Shown piece after piece: positions 39,340 to 50,945 of a stretch of DNA of 50,945 bases. This DNA is from Catajapyx aquilonaris (Eukaryota), in the NCBI GenBank assembly GCA_000934665.2, contig JYFJ02002786.1, positions 1 to 50,945 of the forward strand, in the 5' to 3' direction. The stretch's first letter is position 1, and the number at the start of each line of letters is the position of its first letter. The notes beneath the pieces were generated by a model. It worked only from the letters and a program-made list of their open reading frames with translations, was not told the DNA's origin and searched no databases. A program made the translations under genes and the position numbers.

Positions 39340-40509
39340 ATGAATGATGACGAACTCAACGAATTGGTAAGAATGAACATTTTATATGGCCATACAGTAA
39401 CGAGACAATACGAGTTATTCTTATTGTTATGTCTTAACTCAGCTCAACAGCAAGAACCCAATGGACTTGAGGCAATGTCGAGGCCTTTCCTCCAAAGTTG
39501 CCCTCTTCAACAAAAAGGCAGACGAACACCAAGAGAAGCAAAAGGTGAATCCCTTTTCCGGAAGCTGGGAGGGTGCCAAAGGTCATCATCAAATCAGCAA
39601 AGACGACGCCAGATATGGAAGGTTAGTCACATTTCTCTGACAGTGCAATAAGTGCCGCTGACCCTTTGCCCTTGGCTACATTTTTCCACGCACTTGGAGA
39701 ACTACATTTGTACATTGTACATTGTAGAAGAAAATATAGCAGACACTACCAAATAGCACAATGGGTATAATGCACAGTGTGCAATATTAGCGTCACAAAA
39801 TTCAAGATTTTAAGGTTTATGCCAGCTGAGCATATGACATAATATGTTGTAACGTGTTAAATGTGCACCTAACACCAGTTGTAGGCCATATGTGAATATT
39901 TTAGGCCAGAGGAAGGATCCAAAACAGCAACTCGAGGAAAGAAAGCGTTGACTCTAATCAGCAAGGAGATCCTGCAACTTTGTGACATGATCAATGAGTA
40001 CGGAGAACAATACGAAGATGGAACTGCTGCTATTAGTTTCGGCGAACTATTCCAGGTCGAAATTCACTTTCCATTTTGCACTGTTCCATCAGTGTTCCTC
40101 ATAAGATGCGCAACATAAAAATAAATATTTCTTTCTCAGATTTACACCTGCATTTCCAGTAAAGTTGTCGGTTTGCTGATCCGCGCCAGAAAGCACGGCT
40201 TTGTACAGTTTGAAGGAGAAACACTGTTTCAGGTAGGCTATAGGCCCCCCCCCCCCACCCCCCAAATACGAGAAAGTTATTCATATTAAGGCGTACGTGA
40301 CCATGAAATGTTATGATTTTTTGCTGTGTTCATTACAGAGACGGGACGACAATGTTCCCATATACCTCCTGAAACCGTTCTCAGAAATTCGAGCCGAGTT
40401 CAAATCTCAGAATAAAGAAGACGATGAACCAGAAGTGGATCACACACATGCAACTACTGATGAACCCTATTCTTTTGACGCAGGCGCAGGAGCTAGTTCC
40501 AGCTTTTAA
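39340..40509 (+). CDS. ABRA: Actin-binding Rho-activating protein (ABRA/STARS-like, Costars domain), 5 coding exons
   Basis: Spliced: MNDDELNEL|...KVALFNKKADEHQEKQKVNPFS...YG|RPEEGSKTATRGKKA...ISFGELFQ|IYTCISSKVVGLLIRARKHGFVQFEGETLFQ|RRDDNVPIYLL...; stop TAA 40507-40509. Confidence 0.92.
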
Positions 40510-40655
40510 AATTAGCGATAATTGCTCTTGCAAAAACAACAATTCAAAATTTTGTGATAATATTTATCTCACAAAAAATAATTTTGCCTAATAAAGAAAA
40601 CTGCCAATGTCAATAAATACATAAATAACGGATTGTGATTACTTATGTACTGTAC

Positions 40656-40715
40656 ATTAAAAATAGTAAATCAATAGTTTACACGCATGTAAACTATTGA
40701 TTTACTATTTTTAAT
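40656..40715. repeat. Perfect 28-bp inverted repeat with 4-nt spacer
   Basis: attaaaaatagtaaatcaatagtttaca-cgca-tgtaaactattgatttactatttttaat. Confidence 0.95.
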
Positions 40716-41583
40716 TAATTATTGCTGAGAATATGCTACTTAATGCTTAATAATTTGTTACCGAGCTGTGCATATTTTGTTGGGCCAGAAAACAAGTGCA
40801 GGATATTTTTATGTAGCGGATAATAATTAATTATATACAAATAATCGATTTGAGAATACACTGGAATGTCTTTTTCAATCGTAGTCATACTCAAAATTGC
40901 ATACTTGCCTCTTTACCCTAGGCTATTTGCAGGAGGTGGCTTGTCCTAACACACATTATTCCCAAAATGCCGGACAAGTTTGTGAGAATTTAGCCTCCTT
41001 GTAAGGTGGCTTAAGAGGGTCATCATTATGTCTGGGACTACTGACCATAGGAGAGGAGGGTGTTGGATTCAACCTTCTACCGAAAACTGGAAGTCCCTGG
41101 CTGCGTCCTTGTCCACATATGAGCAAAGAATATGACATTCGAAGGTCTTGATGGAGATCATCTGTTGAGGACAGCATGTGCTTGCATTTTATCAAACAGC
41201 AAATAAAAGAACATGAGAAACACTACTCCAAAAACTCCAGCTGTGCTAAACTGGGCATATTATTATGATTTACAGGTGGAACACAGTAATTTTCATGTTG
41301 ATTTTTTCACTATATTTTCAGTGTTATACGAGTATAGTGTCTGCACTACTTCCTGATGCGTGATACAACCAATCACAAGATATATAAATATTTGGTTAAA
41401 ATTTTAGTTTGCATTATTTGAATGGAATTTCCGATAGTTTTTGCACGTACAGAGATCGTCCTTATTATATCCTTATTTGCGTGACAAGTCCTACAGCCGG
41501 TAACATTGATGCACCGAAACCTTGATGTATTTTCGTATACGTTTGCCCAGTAATTTGTTTGTATGGTCTCAGTTATACTGTAA

Positions 41584-41890
41584 CACGGAAGTCATATAGT
41601 GAAAACCCAAGGTCACACATTAAACTATGAGAACTTATTTATCAGCTTTGAAAGGGCCTTAATAGTATAGTTAGCCTACTACAATCCGTTTCCTATACAT
41701 ATATGTCATTCGTTTGAAATTGACTATCTGCAGTTATCTCACTTATCTGTAGTCACAAGTGTCACTATCTCCTTCCTGTCGCCTGGTTATCTTATTCAGA
41801 TACTAGGGAAAAACTAATTCAGCAAAACGTGAGTCACCTTATGTGATCGACTATAGGTTAGTATCACCTCCACGTGAAAATGTGATAGCA
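41584..41890. promoter_or_regulatory. GATA-dense candidate enhancer upstream of progranulin
   Basis: Seven WGATAR matches (41639, 41724, 41734, 41743, 41765, 41787, 41883), ETS-like CGGAAGT (~41586), AP-1 TGAGTCA (41830) and E-box CACGTG (41871). Confidence 0.4.
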
Positions 41891-43752
41891 GGTGACGGTA
41901 TCTATCGAAATGTCACAAAGGTATAACAGTCATTAAGGTACTTCAAGAACGTACGAGTATCAGACAATAACTGATATTTTGAGACATTATTAACAATACC
42001 ATGCATTATTAGTTTATTACAAATGCAGGGTGGTAGAGTACACTGCCCCAAGCAAGAGTCATTACTTCTTATATTTGCCACTACATTATTGGCCCAAGTC
42101 CGAATTGAAAAGATATTAAGGAATAAAATAATTGTTGTGAGTTTACGGAAACAACCTATTTATATCGAAGAAACCCCTTGAAAGAGTATCAGCCCGCATA
42201 GTCACCCGTCGCGATTAAAAGTACTGAGTGGATATATTGTGCACATTTCAAAAGAAGCCGCATATGTAGAGTAAAACAAGCCTATACTGTTAGGCAATTC
42301 CATGATTATTATTATTGATCCCCAACACCGTTAAAAAATACAAGTGTATTATTCCTCTTGATGTATATAGATCACTATATTTTCAGGGATAGCATTCTCG
42401 CAAATAATAATCAGCAAGTCTACTTCAAACCTGTTTGCGAGTAGGGCCTAGAGCACGAAGTAGATCATACAGGCACAGTCTATCTTTGGCCACTGAGCAA
42501 GTTTTTGATAGCTTATCACAACTTATCCATACATTGAAAAGCACCTGAATTTCCTTGTCAGATTAGGTTTTTTTAAAGGTAAAATCACTAAAATGTGTAC
42601 AAGTAGGCCTATGGAAGGAAATATGGTGTCGTTGTACAAACCGTTAAAACGTCTGATAAATTTTGCAGGCATTTCTGAGAAGGCTCACAAATATTATTGT
42701 TGTCGAAAAAAATACACTATAGTGTCCAAACCAAGCCCATGGAAAAGTACAGTAGGCTATAATTACAAAATAAGAAGAATTAAAGCATAAGTGAGTTTAT
42801 CTGGTGGAAACGCTCGTAAATAATCCACGATTTTTTTCAGTAGTAAGGTACAGAAACATTTATTATGTAGCCTACGCATTAAGTGAATCACAGTACAGGA
42901 TGTTATAATATTGCACAGACGAGTTCAATAGGCTACTTTACCTCAGAGAAAAAAAGATAGCAACATCTAATTAGAAAATTTGAATAGTTGAGCAAGTTTT
43001 CCACCAACTTGATTACTGAAAGTAGACCAGTACGAAAATATCTGAAAATAATTTAATCAGCCCAACATATTTCTTTGGGTTCTCTAGATTACGAAGGTCA
43101 AGAGATTCTATGTATTTACGGAATAGTGACGTTAGCTCAGACGTCAGTTTAAAAAAAAAATACACTGCAGCTATTGAAACAGCAATGGAAACAACCAATT
43201 CATATGAATAATCGTGCAGCCTTATCTGTGGTGACCGATGTACCCCGATTGTTAGCAGCCATGGTGCCATGGCAATAACTGCTGGTGATTTCCCGTCACC
43301 CAGTATCAGCACAATAAACCCATCGTGTGGTGGTATTAACTGCAATTTTCAGAAGACCTGTAGTTAGTCATCAAAGGCCTTCCCAGATGTTCAGAGATAG
43401 ATTCCTGTGGAAAAGCCACGCATTCGTAAAATCCCGCCATATATGACCACCGAGCAGGGGTGCCAACGTTGAATTTCAAGTAAGTCTCAACTGGATTTCG
43501 CACGAACTTTGTCACCTGTGAATTCAGACAATAAATCCGGATGCATCCCCTCCCACTGCCGGGTACTACTTCCCCTCCCCGTACAAAAGGCCGGCTGTAT
43601 GTGTTATCTAAAGAGCGACACAAAAAAAAATCCAGCCAGTCACGCGACTCCTGGCAATCTCCAAAGGGACACAAACACAACAGGCAGGATAAAAACCACG
43701 CGCCTGCCCCTCGCAGCCATCCACTCAAACGGACTGCAACCGGCCTGAGAAG

Positions 43753-46724
43753 ATGCAGCCTCTTCTACTTGTAGTCTGCCTGGCTTCGGCCCTGGCCGTC
43801 TGTGGGGCCACCGTCTGCCCAGGGGGAGACGTCTGCCCTGGAGACCAGACCTGCTGCGCTACAGCCTCCGGAGAAGGGTGCTGCCCCTGGGCCAACGCTG
43901 ACTGCTGCAGCGACATGCAGCACTGCTGTCCGGCAGGGTACTCTTGCGACCTGGCTGCTGGGAAGTGCTCCAAGGGAGAAGGAGACAGCCTGGAGACCGT
44001 CGACTGGATGGTCAAGCTTGGACAGACTAAGAGGAGCAAGCCCATAGCGCAGAGTATGTATTGCAGTGGTTGGTTGGTGCAGGGAAGTATTTATCATAGC
44101 CAGATCATAGCAGCATTTGCAGAACATAAGAATCATGGACGTACCACATACAGTTAATGTTATTGTTGGAATAGAGGGATAAGTACACGCATACCGGTAC
44201 ATTCAACATGATCCGATCGCAAAACTTTTGTAATGTGTGAATGCAAGTCACACTAGTTATCAAAACCAATATTTTCTATGCTGCTTGACGTGATGTTTCA
44301 AATATTATCTGAATGTGAATGTCTGGCGTTTTCCTTGTGTCAATTCTAAGCAGTTGCAATGGGGTAACTTTGATGATAGAATAGGTTCGTCTAACTAAGC
44401 ATGTTAGGATTCCATGTGGGAGTAGCTTAGCAGCTCTGACACATTCATGGCATTTAGGAGGATGCAGGATAAATTATAGCCTCTGAAATGTGTGCAGTAT
44501 TTCCACATAGTACTGTACTGTTGGTCTGTTGCTGCATCATGTAGTAGTTTTCAGGGTCATCCACAAGCACTTGCAAGGCCACTTGCCCAGCCACTGTAAT
44601 TACTTTCCTGGCACCTCTCTAGTTACTGCAGTGACCTGTAATGTCTATTGCTCTACCTATCGAAAGTGTACCATTAACTAGAATAATTTAGATCTTGATT
44701 ATGGCCTACTTAAAAAGGCAAAGTCTGATGGTGAAGCATTCCAACCGTTTCCAAGCTCTGTTGATCACTTTGGAGTGGGGAATTCCCTTGGAGTGGGGAA
44801 TTCCCTAGGGCCGGGGTCTTTGTTAGCACTGGGAACAAGTCCTATCATTCAGGAATTTCTCACAGCTTGCAGTCTGGTCAGATGTCAAGAGGGGAACCTA
44901 GGAGCATCTGGTGTGGAGCTTGGAGCCATGTTTGTTGAGCCTGCATGCTTATCATGAGATTTTACATGCTAACTCCAGATAAAGTTACTAACAACATGCA
45001 GTGTTAGCTTTCTCTTGGCAAAATCATTCAGGGGGCATGTTTTCTCATGTTAATTTTTGGATTCTTCTGTTTGATATGAGTACTTGCAAATTTTGCTAGC
45101 CATTTCCTAGTTCCACATAAATTTACCACATATAAATGCAAATTGATCTTGCAGTGGCCAACAGGGCATTGCTGTGGCTTCAGCAAAACTAAATTGGCCG
45201 CAGAGCAGCAATCCACAATGCAGAAAGGTTTCTACAGACTCCCCATTAAAATTGAGCTTATCTAGATGTCTGAAATAGTGTTTGTCAACCTTCCTGACCA
45301 TCTGCTACGTACATTCAGATAGATTGACATTGCTAGTATACAGTAGATAAAGCATGGAATTGAAGGACAACCAGATTGTATGCCACTAGCATGACTTCCT
45401 TCAGTCTGCTTGTCCCAAGGGGAGAGCCTCAAATGGAATTTGAAACAAATGGCACTACCTTGGTAGATTTTTTTAAATTTTATTTACCCCTTGATAGCCT
45501 TAACGCTTTTCGGGGGACATTCCCCCAGCAACAACTTGGTAGATATATTAGATGGCATAATACCTCCTGATGCATTTGTAATATTTTAAATACATTTTTG
45601 AGTTCCAACATGGAGTAAAGCATCAAAAGCTCAGGAGGGTTGTGTAATGTCATTTGGTGCTAACTGAAGGATGACAGTTGAAGGGTAGTACAGTACATTT
45701 TGTGCACCAAAAGTGGGATCTTTCCTAGATGCTTGACACACCGCTTTCAGTGGGTCCCTATTCTACCAGGAGATTGAACGTTTGGTTCCTTGCAGACTTG
45801 ACTGTGGGAAGCCACATGTGTCCAGACCAGCAGCAGACTTGTCCAGATGGATACACCTGCTGTGCCCTGTCTGACTCAGGGTACGGATGCTGCCCCTTCG
45901 GAAATGCTGTTTGCTGTGCTGACAAGATTCACTGCTGCCCAGAGGGACAGACATGCAGCTTGGAGGAGCAGCGTTGCACACAAGTTAGTACTGATCAGAC
46001 TTATTTGAAATTTCCGGTACTATAACATGGAATATATTTACAGAAAATAACTGTCATGAGTGTTCCCAAGAAGGTGGAGGACAATGGTATCTGCCCTGAT
46101 CACTCCTACTGTGCTGGGAGTTCCACCTGTTGCCCCATTGGTGGAGGACACTACGGTTGCTGCCCTCTCGTGGCGGTAATTACTATGTCATATTTTAGTC
46201 AAACCAGTGGATAACATTGCTGTTGTGCAAAATTTTCAACTCGGAACAGGTTAGAATATACAAGTATTGTGGGTGACAAAAATACACTGAAAATCATTTG
46301 CTGGAACCAAACAGCAATTTCAATGTACTATATCGCTCAAAAAGATAGAGACGATTGGCATTTGATTCAAGTGCAAGTTGCACTTGAGTCAAATGCAAAA
46401 TCGTCTCTATCTTTTTGGGCGATATAGTACAGGTGTCACTGTAATTTTTGTAGTAACTGAAATAAGTCTCAGGTATCTGAGAATTGAGAATTGGGTCACC
46501 TTCACTAGTTAGCAGCTGTAATATTTGCCATATGAGGTTACATTTATGTTCTGGCACCAATGTTGCAACATTTGAAGTCATTTTACAAATATCTGTTTCA
46601 GGCCACCTGCTGCCCTGACATGCAACATTGCTGCCCCCATGGTACTTACTGCACTTCTTCTGGATTCTGCGTACGGCAGAAGGGAACCCAGAATGACATT
46701 CCACTCATCTTCAAGCTCCGCTAA
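43753..46724 (+). CDS. GRN: Short progranulin: signal peptide plus three granulin domains
   Basis: Exons 43753-44053, 45796-45983, 46044-46175, 46602-46724 join in frame; each domain shows the C-C-CC-CC-CC-CC-C-C pattern (e.g. CPDQQQTCPDGYTCCALSDSGYGCCPFGNAVCCADKIHCCPEGQTCSLEEQRC). Confidence 0.92.
44770..44805. promoter_or_regulatory. Tandem 18-bp duplication carrying two perfect kappaB palindromes
   Basis: ttggagtggggaattccc twice; GGGAATTCCC at 44778-44787 and 44796-44805 in progranulin intron 1. Confidence 0.5.
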
Positions 46725-47005
46725 ACATATGGCAGCAATGCAACTTAAAAGATATTGCCATGTTGTGATTGAAGACCTGCCTTATATGTGTTATGTCTGA
46801 TGTGAAATTGTACGCTTTTGATTATTCAGATGAATGTGATGCGTGTGAAAGCACTTTATATCTCAGGACCAATAATAAAATAAGACATTTTGTTTTAACA
46901 TGCAGAACATATGGTTTATTCTTAAACAGCAATTGTATTAGTAACTTGAACATGTGACAAAGAAACCCATAAAAAGTATTTTTAAAAGGATCAATTTAGC
47001 GCAAC

Positions 47006-49723
47006 TTAGAAGGTCAGCATGAAGGAACGTATCTGGAAAGGTCTGAAATGGACACTGAAATTTTCTGCAGATCCTTCAACTTCCACGTCAGCCATGATCT
47101 CCTCTAGTCCATTGCATTCCTGAACTCCAACAGCTGGGAAACTTGTTTTGACCCTGAAAAAGAGTGCCACAGGTAAATCACACCTGTTCGTGAGTAACCA
47201 TCCATTATTGCAAAATAATGGTAGAGCTGCATTCTCTTTACCTGGCTGTGACCTGGCTGCCAAATGCCTCATACATCCTGATGACAATTGCATTTCGCTT
47301 TGACTCAGCTGGCTTGATTGTCTCCACAACAATGGACTTGGAAGTAACAGACACCCAACTGGATGGTAGCCTGCAAATATTGATTGCTCTAGTCTCTCAG
47401 GCATCAACTTCATATGAAACAGCAGTTAATATTATTCAATGAAAGTTACCCAGTACATCAGTATAAATAAAGTACTGTATTGTTACTTAAATTACAAAAC
47501 ATAGTTCCAAATCAATCGTGGCATGATTCTAGGTAAAATTGTAAAATTAATTGATTATTGGGAGGCTCGCTGTAATAGAATGTGACAGAGGAGGGACAAA
47601 GAGGAATAAAGCTGCAGGAAATACAGGCTTTACTGCTAATATTTTTGCATGAAATGAAAGAGGTGAAAGGTAAAAGGATTCACTCACATTTCAGGTGTAA
47701 TAGACACTTGCAATGGCTCCATCTTATTGGCTGCATAGTAATTGAACTCATATGCATGTTGAATTACTCCAGCAGATTGAAAGCTGCCTAGAAAGCAAAT
47801 CATTAATGGTCTCTATACAGTAAAGGTAGTATAACATGCCTCCGAGAAAGTAAATTATCATGGTTCCTGTATAAAAAAAAGGCTCCTCACAATTGAAATT
47901 TTGAGTATTAAACATTCGCAAAGGTAACGTCTATGAAAGGTAATTTCATGTATTTTACGTATTACGTGTGGAGTTTTATAATTACCTGAGTGAGGCATAA
48001 CTGCATAATGGAAAGTATGCAAGCCCATGTCACAAGTTGCATCAGGTGACTTGGGTGCTCTGAGCAACGACATCCTGATGACATTTCCCCTGATGCACCA
48101 ACCGTACTTGCTGTCATTGAGAACAGCAACTCCATATCCGTGCTCAGATAAATCAGCCCATTTGTGACCACACACCTCAAACTGGGCTGACTCCCATGAC
48201 GTGTTGGTGTGAGTAGGGCGTTCCAGGTGGCCAAACTGAATCTCGTATGTAGCTCGCCTAGAGTGCACATTCACTGGAAACTCCACCTGGAAAAGATGTC
48301 AGCAAATAACTAATGATAAGTACAGTACCTCAAATGTGAAAAAATGGTATGATGCTACAAAGGTATAAATTGACACAGTATTTCCTTGTCAATAAAACCA
48401 AGATAAAACTCGTAGGATGCATATTTTTTATTGTAGTGCTGGCACACCAATTTTGTGTGCATCCCGCCCTTGGACGAGTTACTCTTCCTCTCATCTCCCT
48501 CTCCTCCTTTATTCATCTTTTTATTATCTTTCCTCAGATCTTACCTTGAGAAACTTTCTGTTTTCACCCCATTGGACTTGTGTCTGAAACTCCAGGTAAG
48601 GTGAGTCTGCTCTGAGGACAACATGCTGTTGCAAGAAGCTGTCTTGACCCACTGGCATGCTCCACTTCAATATCCCAGCCAATGGTCCTGATGCTATCAC
48701 TTCCACATGTCTCACTGAGCTGTTCTGGAGTGTCAGAAAGACAGTAACGTGTGCAGTTAAATCAGATAATGATGACAACTCACTTCACTGTGGTTGAGAG
48801 GCTGGCGTGTCTCCAGGTGATAGTCCATACAGTCCCATGCATCCCAGTACAGTGGAATGTCATCAAACATCACAAACTGATTTCCATGATACTTATGCCC
48901 ACCAGCAGAAACAAAGGCATCTCTTAGGTCACCAGAAAGCTTCATACTAACAATGCATCCAAATCGATCTATTTGCACTTCCAAGATTCCATTGGTCATC
49001 TTGAAAATGCCATGTTCTTCCACTGAAATTACAAGATAATTATGAATATATGAAGCTGTTCGTCGCTGTACAGTTTCATTACTATGATGGGCCAATGATC
49101 ACTATGCGAATTTTACCTACCAACCGTCACAGGAACAGATGGCTTCAAAGGTGAAATCTGGGTGTACCCACATGGCTCCATCTCTACCAGATGGCAGTCA
49201 AAAACACTTGGAATTGTGAATTCCCTTGCAGCAGCAGGGAATTCTACATGTATGTCAGGCACTAGTGTCACATTCTGCTTAAATTCATTGTGCACTTTGC
49301 CCTCCTCAGAAAACATCACCATCCTAACTCTCCATGGCAAGTAGTTTATGATGACTGGGTTGCTTCCCGCACCCAGAAGTCGGGTTACATAGTCTTCTCT
49401 GATGGAGGTGAGTTTAGAGCACACATCCTCATATATCGTGAGAGCGTCTTTGTAGACAGCACCAATTGATGATCCGGGAAGAACATCATGGAACTGATTC
49501 AACAAGAACTGCTTCCATGCCGAATCCAGCACGATTTTGTCTCTATAAAGTTCCTCAAATTATTTTCTAACTTCTGAATTACAAATTTATTTCAAATCAT
49601 GTGGCACACGTACCCTTGAAAATCATCCTCACTGATTTTTCCAAATGCAACTGCAGCAGCCATCAACATTTCACAGTTATGCAGCATGAACTCCCCATGA
49701 CGGTTCCACCACTTCACATTAGC
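47006..49723 (-). CDS. MAN2C1: Cytosolic alpha-mannosidase 2C1 (GH38), 3' part; 5' exons beyond the window
   Basis: [141 protein letters not shown]; stop TAA at 47006. Confidence 0.95.
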
Positions 49724-49802
49724 CTATCAAAAGGGGGAAGTTAAGGTACAAGTGACTCAAGAGATGGGTACTGGAAAGAGTCAAAAACCTGCTAAAACAT
49801 TT

Positions 49803-50423
49803 GAAGACCTCTGGAGAAAAATGATCAAGGTCCACCTCAGGTGAAACTGAGATAATTCAATTTTAAATTTCAAAGGCCCATAAGGCTCCATTGTAAATCC
49901 CACTTTCGGGGCCTTCCATAGTGACATATGATCATTACTCGGGGAGGTGTGGTGGCCGTGATGGTAACGTCGCGGTTTGCTGAGTGAAAGGCCCCAGGTT
50001 CGATCCCCGCCTGGGGAACTTTCCTTTCACCTGCGTCGGGAGGGTCTCTGACCTGCACCAAGGAGGTGTCTGGCAACCTAACCTCCTGGGCAACAGCACA
50101 TGACCCATGTTGTAGACAATGCACTTGCACCCCATGTTCCCTCCCCAAAAATCCCTACCCCTACCCTACATCCTTGACTCCTTGCACCGGTGACTGAAGA
50201 AAAATGACAGAGAAAACTGATGGTGGTGTGCCACCCCCCAAATAGGCCATTGATGCCTGGCACGGGGTAAATTAAATAAATAAATAAAATAAATAAAAAT
50301 ATGATCATTACTCCACAACCACGACCAAACCATCATATTCTGCACTAGTGAAAGTATCTTCTGAGATATGTAACTCATTTTTGACAAAAAGTGGACCTTG
50401 ATCGTTCTTCCACCGAGGTCTTC
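49803..50423. mobile_element. Non-autonomous TIR element with 4-bp ATTT TSD (Sola1-like), interrupted by a SINE
   Basis: gaagacctctggagaaaaatgatcaaggtccac at the left end vs gtggaccttgatcgttcttccaccgaggtcttc at the right end; ATTT at 49799-49802 and 50424-50427. Confidence 0.65.
49941..50298 (+). mobile_element. tRNA-derived SINE (second family)
   Basis: A-box-like TGGCCGTGATGG, B-box GGTTCGATCCC, (TAAA)n tail, perfect 15-bp TSD atatgatcattactc (49926-49940, 50299-50313). Confidence 0.88.
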
Positions 50424-50570
50424 ATTTATACACCCAAGAGGTTATCAAAAATGAATTAGCATTAATATTACATGAAGAAGTTTTTTATACACTAATAAGG
50501 TCTACTTAAGAGTATTTAACACTCCATAAATCCTAGTACAGTAATATCAACTGCTGAATGCCTAGATATC

Positions 50571-50735
50571 CAGAGTTGGGTAGTAACTGAGTAGAAATAA
50601 CGCGTTACTAGTAACTAGTTACTTTTTGAGTACTTTTCCCGGTAACTTCGTTACTTTTGTGCACAAGTAACTAGTACTTGTAACTAGTTACCTTTAAACA
50701 GTAACTTTGTAACGAAAGTTACTAAGTTACTTTTT
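50571..50735. repeat. GTAAC/GTTAC-rich repeat, probable end of a non-autonomous hAT-type element
   Basis: Begins CAGAGTTGGG and contains about a dozen gtaac/gttac motifs forming short palindromes (gtaactagttac). Confidence 0.5.
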
Positions 50736-50945
50736 CGTGCAGGGTTTGAAAAGCACCTATTTTAAAGGGACACTCCACTTAAAAAAAAACAGTTTGGCTC
50801 TAAAAATCGGGCAAAAAAAATCCTGAATCGGAAGGTGCAATCCGTTTCTCGCTACGCGGAACGGTAATCCCAGGGCGAGGGGTCAAAGTGGTGAAATTCA
50901 AATAGTGCGCTAGAAGCTGGCCGTCCGCCAGCGTCGCCCTCGGGA

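Noticed and set aside
47154..47183. Apparent 30-nt intron or read-through in the MAN2C1 terminal ORF
   Set aside because: The donor at ~47240 gives an ordinary 87-nt intron and restores the conserved frame.

Overview
Gene-dense eukaryotic (invertebrate, most likely arthropod) genomic DNA with short GT-AG introns; no prokaryotic features, CRISPR arrays, rRNA or intact tRNA genes. All family assignments come from recognising motifs by eye, not from database searches. Gene order: class I PI3K p110alpha-like (-, 3' end outside the window), a CENP-T-like histone-fold protein (-, single coding exon), SMG8 (+), white-like ABCG transporter (-), a divergent SLC23/NAT transporter (-), Plod lysyl hydroxylase (-) with two oig-4-like single-Ig genes nested antisense in one intron, ABRA/STARS (+), a three-domain progranulin (+), and MAN2C1 (-, 5' end outside the window). 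Non-coding DNA carries two tRNA-derived SINEs with 15-bp TSDs (each nested in a TIR element), a Harbinger-type fold-back MITE in the SMG8 3'UTR, two Helitron-like 3' ends and several palindromes. Most notable: a tandemly duplicated, frame-compatible Plod exon pair that would swap the loop capping the hydroxylase active site; a DRH-to-DRN change in the PI3K catalytic loop; a CENP-T-like protein with an acidic L2 loop; and a degenerate NAT signature in the SLC23 gene next to white.
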